From Mobula hypostoma (taxonomy: Eukaryota), in assembly GCF_963921235.1 (NCBI RefSeq), contig NC_086097.1, positions 242,608,001 to 242,672,000 of the forward strand: DNA of 64,000 nt, written 5' to 3'. The notes under the pieces were generated by a model, which was not told the origin of the DNA, ran no database searches, and saw only the letters and a list, made by a program, of their open reading frames with translations. The position numbers and the translations under genes are program-made. The stretch's first letter is position 1. Every line of letters begins with the position of its first letter. Below, in pieces: positions 38,539 to 51,400 of the stretch.

Positions 38539-39914
38539 AAGAACCTATCTATCTCTGCCTTAAGCTCAGTAGACTGCCCACAACTATTCACGGGAGTTTA
38601 AACTGCTTCCAAAAAAGAAGAAAACTTGGCAGGGAGAGAAAGAATTGTTTAGAGACCCTTTAAATTTGGGGGGGGATGGGGAGGAGTCTAGGTCAGTAGT
38701 TATCTTCCATTTGTAATTAATTACTCATTAAAAGGTGATGTTCAGTAGCCTTCTTGAATACTGGCTATCTTGGTGAAGACACACTTACAATGCTTTTGGG
38801 CAGAGAATGAGATCCAGTGAAGTAATTCCAATCAGGGTGATGTTTCACTTGGAGGGGAGACCTGCAGAGATCGGAAATCTCTTGCACTTGTTATTATCGT
38901 TCTTGCTGTTAGAGATCATCGGTTTAGGAGGTGCCACTGGACTAGCCAGGCAAGTAAATACAGTTCATGTTGTAGCCACTATGAACTGTTTAGGTTGGCT
39001 ATAATATGGTGTCTTAATTGATGCAATCTACTTTACCTGATGGTATTAAACTTGAGTGTCGTGGGTCCTGCATTCAAAGGCAAGTGGAAAGTATTATTAT
39101 ATTCCCAATGTGCCTTGTGCATGAAGGACTTGGAGTGTTGAGAGGCAATGAACAGCCACCACCCTGCTCATTGTCACAATACTATTTTTAGGGTGATTAG
39201 GTTTCCTTATTGTAGGTCATTACTGGCATTTTATAAGACATTACTACCATTCACCACACCAGACCTCGTCTTACTGCACAGTCTTTTTTTTTTGATGAAC
39301 CACAAATAGAATTATTCTTCGTACAATAATGAGAAAATATTCCCAGTTTCTGACGTCATCATGGAATGAAGGTTACTGAAGCAACTCTGGGATACCTGTA
39401 TCCAGGACACTGTCCTGAGGAATTAATTCAAGGGGTTGGGATGACTGACTCCCAAACAAATAGATTTATTTTTGTTTCCATGCATACTTGCCATTTTCAT
39501 TTTTCTACATTATATACACAAATGAGATGCATGTTTTTGGTAAATGAGAGGATTTTAACACTCAAATCAGCAAGAATCAAATGAACACATGCAAGGAATA
39601 TCATAACTAGCCAGAAGCAAAAAAAACCAGTGCATGCTGCCAGGCTCAGCAAGAAACATTAAAATGGGAAGCTAACTCATCCATGAGCAAATGATTACTT
39701 TAATCTGACAAATTGTCTGCTTAGAGTACAACCTTACCATTCATGATCACTTTAATGCCTTCACACCAGCTTACAAATAAAAATAAATCGTCTGCTATAT
39801 GTTACAAGGCTATCATTTACTTTCTTCAACTGCCTCATGGGAAAGATCCAACAGGTTCCTCTTGAATAGGAAAATAAATTCCACAGAGTTGATCCAGAGA
39901 GAAAGCTTCCTACA

Positions 39915-40270
39915 GTGGGGCAGCCAACACACTTTTCGTCCCTATTCCCTTCGGGAAAAGGCTCAGGAGCTTGAAGACTTGTACGGCCAGATTTGGAAAC
40001 AGCTTCTTTCCAACTGTGATAACACTGCTGAACGAATCCTGACCCGGATCTAGACCGTACCCTCCAAATATCCAGAACTGCCTGTCGATTTTTTTGCACT
40101 ACCTTACCTTCCCTTTTCTATTTTCTATTTATGATTTATAATTTATAATTTAAATTTTTACTATTTACTATCGATTTGTACTCCAGGGAGCGCGAAGCGC
40201 AGAATCAAATACTGCTGTGATGATTGTACGCTCTAGTATCAATTGTTTGGTGACAATAAAGTCAAGTCAG
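39915..40270 (+). mobile_element. Rex1-like LINE 3' end
   Basis: LFVPIPSGKRLRSLKT.TARFGNSFFPTVITLLN followed by an AATAAA tail. Confidence 0.75.
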
Positions 40271-40556
40271 GTCTACTAGGACTAGAAGGCACAGCCTCAG
40301 AATAGAAGGGCGTCCATTTAGAACAGAGATGAGGAGAAATTTCTTTAGCCAGAGGGTGGTGAATATGTGGAATTCATTGCTAGTCATGGAGGCCATGTCA
40401 TTGGACATAGTGGAGGTTGAAAAGTCAGGGTGTCAAAGGTTACAGGGAAGAAGGCAGAAGAATGGGGTTGAGAGAGAGAGATAATACATCAACAATGATA
40501 GAATGGCAGAGCAGACTCAATGGGCTGAATCACCTAACTCTGCTCCTATGTTTTAT
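40265..40556 (+). mobile_element. CR1 3' fragment
   Basis: Translates to TR.HSLRIEGRPFRTEMRRNFFSQRVVNMWNSL. Confidence 0.85.
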
Positions 40557-42710
40557 GTGATACCTACTGATATTTTAACATACTTGTGAATGAGATGGCA
40601 GAGTTGTTCCTATTTCAAACCATCTCAAATGGACTATTTGATCTATTAAAACAATGTTATCTATACTGAGATACACAAAAATATTCTTCTTACTCAAAGT
40701 TTAGATATCATTAGCGTACATCGTCACTGATGTTATCAAAATGCCTAAAGGGAGAAAATATGTTTGTCATACTTTGGTGAAGTCACTATCAAATAAGTCA
40801 ACATTTTTTGGAAACAGTCAAGTATCTGTATTTCTCTATCTACACACTTCCAAGTGATAATATTGGCAATGTTTTTCAAATTACATGGGTTACCAACAAG
40901 CTCATCTTTAGATTCAGGAGACCAATACCGTTCAGCCTGTGTTAACTGATCTATTCAGAATAATCCACCATCCTTGGGACATATGCACCACTTTGTAAAA
41001 CTTATCATCATAAGGTATGTTCTCCAATCTGGGCAGCATCCTGGTAAATCTCCTTAGCACTCTAAAGCTTTCATACTTTTATTCAATGTATAAATATGTA
41101 ACCCTCAGCTTACTACTCCAGTATTCACCCACCCCTCGCCCCCAGCCTGAAAGACATAAGGCAAAGTCCCCGCTCACATTTCACTTCATCAGACACTGTG
41201 ACACTCCTCTGTGCTGCATGCCCCCTCGGTTTGCCAGCATTCTAAACAGGGCAGTTAGAAAAACAGAGAGCAAAGTAGTAGGGAGATTCTAGATAGCTTC
41301 TAGAGTAGGTTACATGGTCAGCACAACTTGACGAAGGGTTCCGGCCCGAAACTTGCACTCATCGTTTCCACGGATGCTGCCCGACCTGCTGAGTTCCTCC
41401 AGTGTGTTGAGAGTATAGTGGGCTGAAGGGCCTGTAATGTGCTATAGATTTTTATGTTCTAGTACCAGGTGAGCTGCTGTTTATGCAGTTAAATGTTGAT
41501 TTATTTGTATTCTAGAGTTTTAAACACAGTTTAATGCTACTGAGTCCATTGATACATATTACTGCCTGAATATGCTGCCAACGAGCCTCCAAAGGTTCCA
41601 CATTAAATGTTTCCGTTCCATTCATGAAGTATGCAGTTTTCTTCTCTACTCACAATACTTTATACCGCCAGCACTGTTTGTTTGTTACATGCCAAGTCAT
41701 ATGGCATGTGCGATCATGGTATTTCCATGACTGTAATTGTTCTTGGCAAATTTTTTTCTACAGAAGTGGTCTGCCAGCACTGTACTGCATCTAAACTATT
41801 TATTGGTCTGCTTCTGTTCACTGTACTGCCTGTCTTATTTTGTATTATCTGCAAATTTTAAAGGTGAACTTCAAACCAGTCACGAATGTTGTCATGAAAT
41901 CAACCATCTTTTTTTCTAATTTCGTGCTCACCGAATACTTTTTGTGACAAATAGCTCTGGTCCCAGCTTGTAATCTGATAGGGACATTCCACATGTTCAA
42001 CTATAATTAGTTAGTGTTTCACCAACTATTAAGCTACTCTGGTAACATCCACACCAGTATTTTAGAGAGTAGAGACAGACACCAGAGATTTAAATATACA
42101 ATATCTTTATATGGAGTACAGTACATCAAAACTGTAGGTTCAGCCACTTCCAATTTTTCTATCCAGGGTCCTTTGATCCTTAATAGTTCTTCTAATTTAG
42201 TTTATATATTACAATGAATTACTTTGCTACAAAATTTAACCTGTTATAAATAAATACAAAGGAGCTAATTATTGACCTTAGGAGAAGGAAACCAGAGATC
42301 CAGAGGCCAGTCCTCATTAGGGGATCAGAGGTAGAGAGGGTGGCAAGGCAGTGTCTCCACTTTCTTAAAAGTTTGCAAAAATTCAGCATGTCATTTAACA
42401 TTTTGAAAATCTTCTACAGATTATGCAGTGGAGAGCATAGTGACTGGTTGCATCATGGCCTAGTACGCGAAAACCAATAGCCTTAAATGGAAAAGCCTAC
42501 CAAAAGTAGTGGATACAGACCAGCTCTCCCACAAGAACACATTTGAGTCTCTTATTTTTATTTAATATATATAAATCCTTGCTGATTTGATGCAAATGAA
42601 GCAGTTCACAGCATGTTTCAATGTACATATAACAAATTAGATTTTCTTTTCTTTGTATGCAATTAGAGAGAATTAGTCCCTTCATTTCTTTGTACTTGTG
42701 GCACACTTGA

Positions 42711-43761
42711 GGCTACGTCCACACTAGACTGGATAATTTTGAAAATGCTGGTTTTGAGTAAAAACTACAGGTGTCCACACCAAGCGTTTTTCAAAATATC
42801 TCCGTCCACATTAGCACGGATATTTGGGCGAACCTCCTCCTACTGGGCATGCGCAGGACACACAGAAAACAAGCGAAGAGGGAACGGTATACTTGGTTGG
42901 TGCGCGTTTGCCCAGTTACAGACTAGAAAAACTTAAAAGGAATTGCTGTTGGCTCTTGCGCAGGAGGACTTAAAACTAAAACAACAACAAATACTCGAGC
43001 GTATGGAGGCAACCGACGGAGTTCGTGGACAGTATGACCCGGCTGACAACAAACATTGAAAAACTGACTAACTGTTGCATTAATAAAGCACCTTGTTAAA
43101 TGTATAAAACATGCCTGCAGTGTTATCTTGCATTTCCATACAATGTTACATTAGGCTGTTACACATCTATTGTCAGAGAAGTACTTGCATAAATAGGTAA
43201 ACCACCTTCATACAAGCAAGGACAGAAAACAGGGCAAACTGAGTATACTTATTTATTCAGTAAGCTATGGGTCAAAGTATTTGGTGAGTACATTTCCAAC
43301 TCTTCTGGCTTCAGTCTCGTTGCCGTCTGTTCTGAAATTATTAGGTTGTGTGGGGGTTTGCGTTCAAGAAAACAATGAACTGCCGCGCTGCCGCCATCTG
43401 TTCTGGCACGTCATGACAGTGTTTTTAATTTGTCAAAAAAGCTCACTTTACAATTTAACTCGCACGCCGTTCACACCGACTGCGTGTTATAACAGCCATC
43501 CGGCAGTGCTTGCGCAGTACCAAGCAGAAGCAGAAAAAGCATTGTTGTTGTGGTGTCGTCATGACAGCGTTTTTAAATATCTCCATCTAACCCGTCCACA
43601 CTACAACGCGCAACAACCGTTTTCAAATTTACACACTCTGGAGTGTTTTAGAAAAGCTCTGATTTCGGGGGATGAAAACGCCATTTTAATGTGGACGGAG
43701 GGTCAAAACGAAGAGAAAAGGCTTCGTTTTCAAAGTTATCTGGCGTAGTATGGACGTATCC
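42711..43761. mobile_element. PIF/Harbinger-type non-autonomous element
   Basis: TIRs GGCTACGTCCACACTA / TAGTATGGACGTATCC, 3-bp flanks TGA/AGA and subterminal GTCCACA repeats. Inserted in a Rex1-like fragment. Confidence 0.8.
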
Positions 43762-44011
43762 AGAGTGGTATGGAGGACCCTTCTAAAACAGGACACATAC
43801 ACTTTTTGTTAAAAAAAACTTGGAAAGCTCAGTATTAAGAATATAGTAACCAGATTTCCTAAATTAACTTTTTTTTGTTAAGATTAAAGAAATCATGGTC
43901 CACACTCCTCAATCTGGGCAACAAGCTATACTATTTTGAAGAGTCATTACAGGAAAGTTGTCTTTATTTACTGGGCACATGGTTGTTTATTTGGAATGTT
44001 TGATTCATAAA

Positions 44012-44476
44012 GTTGTGTGCTGGGGCAGTAGGCTGAGGGTGGCAGACACCAACAGAATCAACAAACTCATTCATAAGGCCAGTGATGTTGTGGGGATGGA
44101 ACTGGACTCCCTGACGGTGGTGTCTGAAAAGAGGATGCTGTCCAAGTTGCATGCCATCTTGGTCAATGTCTCCCATCCACTACATAATGTACTGGGTGGG
44201 CACAGGAGTACATTCAGCCAGAGACTCATTCCACTGAGATGCAGCACAGAGCGTCATAGGAAGTCATTCCTGCCTGTGGCCATCAAACTTTACAACTCCT
44301 TCCTTGGAGGGTCAGACACCCTGAGCAAATAGGCTGGTCCTGGACTTATTTCATAATATACTGGCATAATTTACATATTACTGTTTAACTATTTATGGTT
44401 CTATTACTATTATTTATGGTGCAACTGTAACGAAAACCAATTTCCCCTGGGATCAATAAAGTATGACTATGACTAT
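44012..44476 (+). mobile_element. Rex1-clade LINE 3' end, open frame
   Basis: Translates to VVCWGS...NRINKLI.KAS...SHPLH...TERHRKSFLPVAIKLYN; tail AATAAAG(TATGAC)n. Confidence 0.88.
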
Positions 44477-44912
44477 AAAAGCCTTTCATCTCAATAACAT
44501 TCTGGATTTTTTTCAGTCTTTTAGTTGTTGTTTTAACACCAGCCTAAGCAGCTACTACCCAAATGATTTAGATACGCATACCACTTCCTATTTTGTTATC
44601 AACTTCTCCAAAATGCACACTTAGTAGAATTAAAGTGTTATCTCTAAAACCGCACAATGCATACGCTGGATGTCATGAGATAACTGCAGCACCAACTTAC
44701 CTACAAGTTGGTCAAATTAACAAAATAGACCATACAGAAGCAAATGTGAATAATCTATTCTGCATACCAAACATGATCCTATATGACTGTATTATACTTT
44801 CAAATGACCTGTAAACAGAAGAGATTCGGGAGATGTTGAGCATCTTAAGAAACACAGCAATTAAGCAATGAGCATCTTTTAAGGCAGTTGTCTACAGTTT
44901 AAATTATTAATA

Positions 44913-45086
44913 CAGTGGATTCTGGTTAATAGGGCCACCAGTTAATTAGGCCAGCCACTTATTTAGAACAATTCTTAAAGAACAAAAACGAATAAACAGC
45001 CATAATTTCCTTCATTTATTTGGGACACCATGCCGCTTAACCAGGGCAGACTTGCGAACAGGTTCTAAACTAACATCAGTTGCGCG
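44913..45086 (-). mobile_element. Terminal fragment of the 54536-type Tc1/mariner element
   Basis: TA-CAGTGGATTCTGGTTAAT; reverse complement of the right end of 54536-55332. Confidence 0.7.
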
Positions 45087-45405
45087 TGTAACATGCTGTA
45101 AGGTTTCACTGATAATATAATGGTTTCTCTGTAGCAGCAATGTTTGGGTTATGACTAGAGATAACGGAGTTTGGAATGCTGTTGTTCTTTCTTATGAGTC
45201 TGGAAGAGAGATTTTCGCAGTCTTTTGCCAGGGAGAGATGAGGAGAGAAGACGCGAATGGAGAGAGCTGTTAGACCACCGGACGGGGCGGACTTGGAGCG
45301 AGGGTCTGAAGGGCAGCGATGATTGGAGGAGGTCGATGGTGGACAATCGGCTTATCTGTGGGCTCAACATTGCGCAATAGACTGTTTCATAAGATTGGGC
45401 CCTTT
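45087..45405 (+). mobile_element. Probable LTR fragment
   Basis: Begins TGTAAC, is GC/CpG-rich and non-coding, and truncates the preceding element. Confidence 0.4.
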
Positions 45406-46897
45406 TTCAACCCCCTTGAGGTTTTCATGTTTTACAACATTACAACAGTGGATTTAATCTGGTCTTTTTTTGACACTGATCAACAGAAAAAGACTTTCTT
45501 GTCAAAGTGATCTAAATTAATTACAAATATAAAACAAAAAATAATTGATTGCACCAGTATTCACCCCTTTAAAATGACACACCAAATCATTACTGGTGCA
45601 GCCAATTGGTTTTAGATGTCACATAATTATGGGGATCACCTGTGTGCAGTCAAGGTGTTTCAATTGTTTGCAGTAAAAATACACCTGTATCTGGAAGGTT
45701 CAACTGCTGGTGAGTTAGTATTCTGGCAAAAACTTCACCATGAAGACAAAACAACACTTCAAGCTACTCTGCAAAAAAGTTATTGAAAAGCACAAGTCAG
45801 GAGATGGATACAAGAAAATTTCCAAGTCACTGGATATCCCTTGGAACACAAAAAATGCTGGAGGAACTCAGCAGGTTAGGCAGCACCTATAGAATAGAGT
45901 TCAGTTGACATTTCGGCTCGAGTTCCTCCAGCAGGACTGGAGAGAAAAATAGGTGTGATACCTCGGGAGTACAGTTAAATCCATCAAGAATACAGTACAG
46001 CTGTAAATCTGCCCAGAGCAGGCTGGAAAGTTCTATGGTCTGATGAAACCAAAATTGAGCATTTTGACCATCAAACTAAATGCTATGTGTGGTATAAACC
46101 AAACACCACACATCAAAAACATATCATCCCTACCGTGAGGCATGATGGTGGCTACATCACGCTGTGGGGATGCGTCACTGCAGCAGGCCCTGGAAGGCTT
46201 GTGAAGATAGAGGGCAAAATACAGGAAACCCCAATGCAGTCTGCAAGAGAACTGCGAAGATCTGTTTTCCAGCAAGACAATGGCCCCAAGCATAAATCCA
46301 AAGTTACACAGGAATGGCTAAAAAAAAAACAACAAAATTAATGTCCCGGAGTGGCCAAGTCAGAATCCAGATGTCAATCCAATAGAGAATTTGTTGCTGG
46401 ACTTGAAAAGGGCTGTTCACTCACGATCCCCATGCAATCTGGCAGAACTTGTGCAGTTTTGTAAAGAAGAATGGGGGAAAAAAATTGCGGTGTCCAGATG
46501 TGCAAAGTTAGTGAGAGACAGACTCACAGAGACTCAAGGCTGTAATTGCTACCAAAGGTGCATCTACTAAATCCTGACCCAAAGCAGGTGAGTAATCATG
46601 CAATTATTTTGTGTCTATTGATTGTAAAAAAAATTTAGATCACTTTTTAAGAGATCTGTTTTCACTTTGACATGAAAAAGTCTTTTCTGTTGATCAGTGT
46701 CAAAAAAAAGCCAAATTGAAGTTATTGTGATACAATGTTGTAAAACAATAAAACATGAAAACTTCTGGGGGCGGGGTGAATACATAGAAACATAGAAAAT
46801 AGGTGGAGTAGGCCATTCGGCCCTTCGAGACTGCACCGCCATTCAGTATGATCGTGGCTGATCATCCAACTCAGAAATACTTTTTATAGGCAACGTG
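45406..46897 (+). mobile_element. Tc1 transposon, internally deleted; IR/DR-type long inverted repeats
   Basis: Roughly 200-bp inverted repeats. Transposase remnant at 45740-46577: MKTK...GDGYKKISKSL.IP, WSDETK, FQQDN.PKH, WPSQNPDVNPIENL. Interrupted by a pLTR (~45845-45955) and a CR1 tail (~46784-46874). Confidence 0.9.
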
Positions 46898-47849
46898 CAT
46901 CAGTCCTGCTGAAGGGTTTCGGCCCAAAACATCAACTGTTTACTCTTTTTCATAGACGCTGCCTGACCTGCTGAGTTCCTCCAGCAGTTTGAGTGTGTTG
47001 TTAACAGGTAAGAGCTTTTGTCAATTTGTACAAAGGAAAAGATTAACAAAAAGTAAATTGTACCTCAGAGCAAGAGATTTATTAGAAAAAGGCTAAAAAA
47101 AAACTGAAAACAGTTTATACACCTTCAAAGAAGAGGATATAAAATGTTTGTAAACAGTAAACTGGATGAACTGGGATTGATAAAAAGCTATTAAGGAAAT
47201 GAAGGTAAAAAAATCTCCATGATTTGTTGTTATAACTCAAGACTGAATTAGATAATTGAAAAAGCAGATGTTAAAAGCAGATACAAAATTTGAGATTCCA
47301 GAACAGCTGGCAAATAGTAACATTACATTTAAGAAACAAGAGAAAAGAATAGACCATTTGGTAATATTCACTGTAGTGAAATTACTAGAATTTATTAAAA
47401 GGGTAGATGGAAAGTCATACCAACAATTGAGCGTTAATGTGGATTGTTGAAAAAGAATGAAATCTGAAAAACCTATCTAATTTTGAGGTTGTATCTTGTA
47501 GAATTAAAAAGAGTTGATGTGGTATACATGTTCCTTGAGCAGCCTTCAATAAGGCCCTACAATTAAGTTTTAAAACAAAATTAACCTACCAAATGGTCAA
47601 TGCAGCTGCAAGGTAGTTGTTCTATTAAATGAAGATTTAATTCGGTGTCACAGTTGCATAGCTGTAATAGAGCTGAGCTAACTGCTTGAGGCATCAGAGT
47701 TCAATTCTGGTGTCCTCTGCAAGGAGTTTCTGTACATCCTCCCTGTGGAATGCGCGAGCTTTCTCTGGGTCCTCTGATTCCCTCCCACAGTCCAAAGATG
47801 CACCGGGTAGGTTAATTAGTCATTATATATTGTCCCATGATGAAGTCAG

Positions 47850-48400
47850 GATTGGGGATGGGTGAGTCCTGGGATAGATGCCCTGCTCACTTAAGGAGAA
47901 GTGTCTTCCACAGCCTCTCCTTTCCAGGTGTAGTGATCGCCGTAGGACCACTGTTTGGCTTCATGCAGGAGGTCACTTGCATGTGGCCTCCGCTACACTT
48001 CATACCCTTAGCAATGCCTTCACGTGGCATCCCTTCTCTTATTTTTGCATCGAGTGTCCAGCAGGATAACTGGGCAGGCAGGCTGGGCTCGGCTCATCAG
48101 CTTTTGTTTGCAGCCAGCCGAGGAGAAGGACAACTCTGATTCCAAACCCAAGTAGATGGGACTTGTTAGCCCTGTCAGGCAGTCTGTGGAGGAGAAGAAA
48201 AGCTCCGATAGTCAACCTACAGCCTTGTGGTCATCACAGCTCGCTGTGGCATTGTGGAACATCCCTCGGCCTAAAGAGTGGAATCAGTTCACACACAACG
48301 ATCCTCGCTATAAACCTATGCAGTGTAGGTGGGAAGAAAAGTCCTACAGTGATGGAGTGTTCCCTTGTGATCTTCGCAAGCGAAGAACCAGCCATTAGGT
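47850..48400 (+). mobile_element. RTE-like 5'UTR-type repeat inside a V-SINE (47640-48450)
   Basis: Repeated GGAGAAG.A.A.CTC.GA..C.AACC motif. The V-SINE sequence resumes after it (TCAGGATTG occurs on both sides). Confidence 0.45.
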
Positions 48401-51400
48401 CAGGATTGTCGGGGGTTGCTGAATGGTGTAACTGGAAGGGCCTATTCGGTGCTCCCTTGAAATACGACACACTGAGCACTCAAACTGCAATAGAAGATTT
48501 TTTTTCTGTCCCTACAATGGAAAATAGAACTCAATCCAACAACTCAGCCAATAAGCCACTGTGTGGCTAAGTGACAGACCAGAACTGCTAGGATAATTGG
48601 ACTGTTCACACTTAATTGCTGCCCCATGGATTGTGCTGCCACTACACTTCATTCATCCAAATTCAAATTATCATACTCCTGTTTTGTAATTTGAGTTAAC
48701 TCCTTTACAAGGCAGAAAACCTTGTCAAAAATACATTCCTAACGATACCAAAATCCTATACACACACAGATATGAAGTCCAGCATTAGGTCGTGTACTGT
48801 AATCCAAGAGCAATAACTAAGGCTATAATTGGACAGTTAAAAATATTCTTAAGCATAGATTGCAGCAAACATACACACTAAAAACAGAAACAGAATACAC
48901 TAGAAATATTCAGTACTTCTAAAAGCAAAAACAGAATGAGAGACTTAAAATTTGAGGCTGATGACTTTTCACTGCATTATATTAAATCGAAATTTGTGGA
49001 GACAGGGTCCCATCTGTAATAATCTTTCTTTTGCACTAAAAGTGGCAGATATACTGCTCTTTACAGAACAACAGTATGAGTGCATGTTATGATGCCTCAG
49101 ACTTGTCATCACATTACCATCTTTTCCAGGGTCTGGTGCCATACTGTTATGCACAAGTAAAAATTAAGTGCTGGAAATCTGAGCAACACACAGAATGGTG
49201 CAGGAACTCAGCAGGCCAGGTAGACTGTACTTTTTTTTCCATAGATGCTGCCTGGCCTGCTGAATTCCTCCAGCATTCTGTGTGTTGCTCGGATTTCCAG
49301 CATCTGCAGATTTTTCATTTGTGATTGGAAATGCTCAGATGTTAGGCAGCATCTGTGGAAAGAAGAGTTAACACTTGGCAGTTGAACAAGCTTTCAACAG
49401 AACTGGTAAGATGCCGGAGAATGAAAAGGATAGTCTGCTTCATGGGGCATCACAGCACAATGCTATAACTGTGCCAGCAACCGGAATTCAATTCCATCAC
49501 TGCAAGGAGTTCGTACGTTCTCCCCGTGACCACGACTTTCTTCCTGGTGCTCCAGTTTCTTTACATATTCAAATTACATATTGTTAAGTTAATTGGTTAC
49601 ATGGGTGTAAATGGGCAGCACAGGCTCGATGGGCCAGAAGGGCCTGTTACTGTGATGTAGCTCTATTCATTCGATTATATCTCTCTGTTCCACTGTGAAT
49701 GCCTGTTAAAAAAAAAAATGGAAGCTCAATTTTCATGAGCAGGAAAGGGGAAGAGGCTAAATGAAGCCTTGAAGAGGATGACCACTATGTTAGTGGTGGG
49801 GGCGGGGGCGTGGAAAGTGAACCTGGATTGTGGGAGGAAACCACAGGACCCAGCGAAAACCCATGTATTCCACAGGTAGGAGGTGCTGAAGAATTGGATA
49901 CCAAACTCCGGAACACCCCAATCTGTAATAGCATCGTGCTGACTGATATGCTACCCTTTGTGGGTACTGTCATCATACCATAAGTTTAACAACAAGTTAA
50001 ACTGAACTGTTAATACAATCTTCAATAATTAAATGGAGACTCAGGATGAGCATGAAAATGTGATCATTGCTGCACTGCTGAACATGGTAATGTCTTCTAT
50101 CATGTAGCAATGTATTAATTAAGGGGGCATCATTGTGCATGTGTGACCTAGCTGTGATAACATTGTTTTCCAATACAATTATAAAGGGGTTCCCCACATT
50201 GATGTGGACGAACATGGTCATTAATGAAACGTAGAAAGTCGTTGCTGCAGTGAGTGCTAAATAACCCCATTCACATGGTTGACAAACAGTTTAGCAATTT
50301 ATCAAAAAGTGAATGCAACCATTTCAAACCCACAGACTATTCAGAAACGTACCACTTGTCTCACATTGTACTTTTGGGCATAATTCAGGAGCTAGCAAAG
50401 ATTCTCAGCAATGGAGCAAGGCACAAGACAAATTAAAAGTGCACCCAAGGCTCAGCCCTTGGAGTATCTGTCAATTACAAGAACAATGAATTCAACAGAA
50501 TATTGTTAAATTCTGTGAAAAATGCAATCTTCACTTGCATCAACGGAGAATCACTTGGTGGGCCTCAGAAGCCTGCAAATGTCAAATTCTATTCCAGAAA
50601 TGTGAATACAAAATTCTAGGCTGATATTCTATTACAGTACTGAGGAACTGCTACAGCACGTGTACAATCTTTCAAATGAAACATTAAATCCCAGTCTGCA
50701 ATTGGATGATGTAACATATCCTGTGATATATTTGTTACTTCTGGTGTTCTGATCAATACCTATTCCATGAATTAAAATAATTAACTGATGCTTTGAGCAT
50801 AAATCAGACAGGTTGCAAAAATAATGTCCACCTTAAAAGTATATAAATTTGTTTGCAAAGTGCTATATACATGCCTGGCTTTACATGAGTTTTCCCCTTA
50901 TTTATCAACTTCAAGCTCATTAATGTTAGCTCACTAAGCGGAAGTGTGTTTTTCACACAGGATCATATTACTTTGAACATGGAAATAAATTACAAATTGT
51001 GCAATGGTTACCAAGTTCAATAAGTGATAGGAACAATGTAACAAATCTGACCAGATGTTTTCCCTTCAAATGATACAACTTTGAGAGAAGTTGAGGATTG
51101 ACCTCATACTTAAGTTAACCATTCTCCACATAAAACTGGAAAATTCACAGGTTTTCTTTCTAGTATTTTTCCTTTTTGACAGTGATTGCTGTTCTGAAAC
51201 TACTAGCAGTTCTCTGCCCTTGGGAGTATAGCGCTTTAAATTCGGTCGCGAAGTTGCCTTGACTACAATTACTGAAGCCTTAGAAAAATAAAGTGGATTT
51301 ATGTGCAGGTCAGCCTTGAGGATCGAAGCTGTTGACAAAGAAATAACTTTCCTTCTAAAGCTGAATTTTTATTTCCTTTCTGTGCTCTATCAGTAATAAA

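Noticed and set aside
43281..43748. 155-aa ORF in the Harbinger-like element
   Set aside because: No transposase or Myb/SANT motifs, and it runs through the subterminal repeats.
47837..48570. Cluster of 60-135-aa ORFs
   Set aside because: They fall in a GC-richer UTR-like repeat and a SINE, with no protein motifs.
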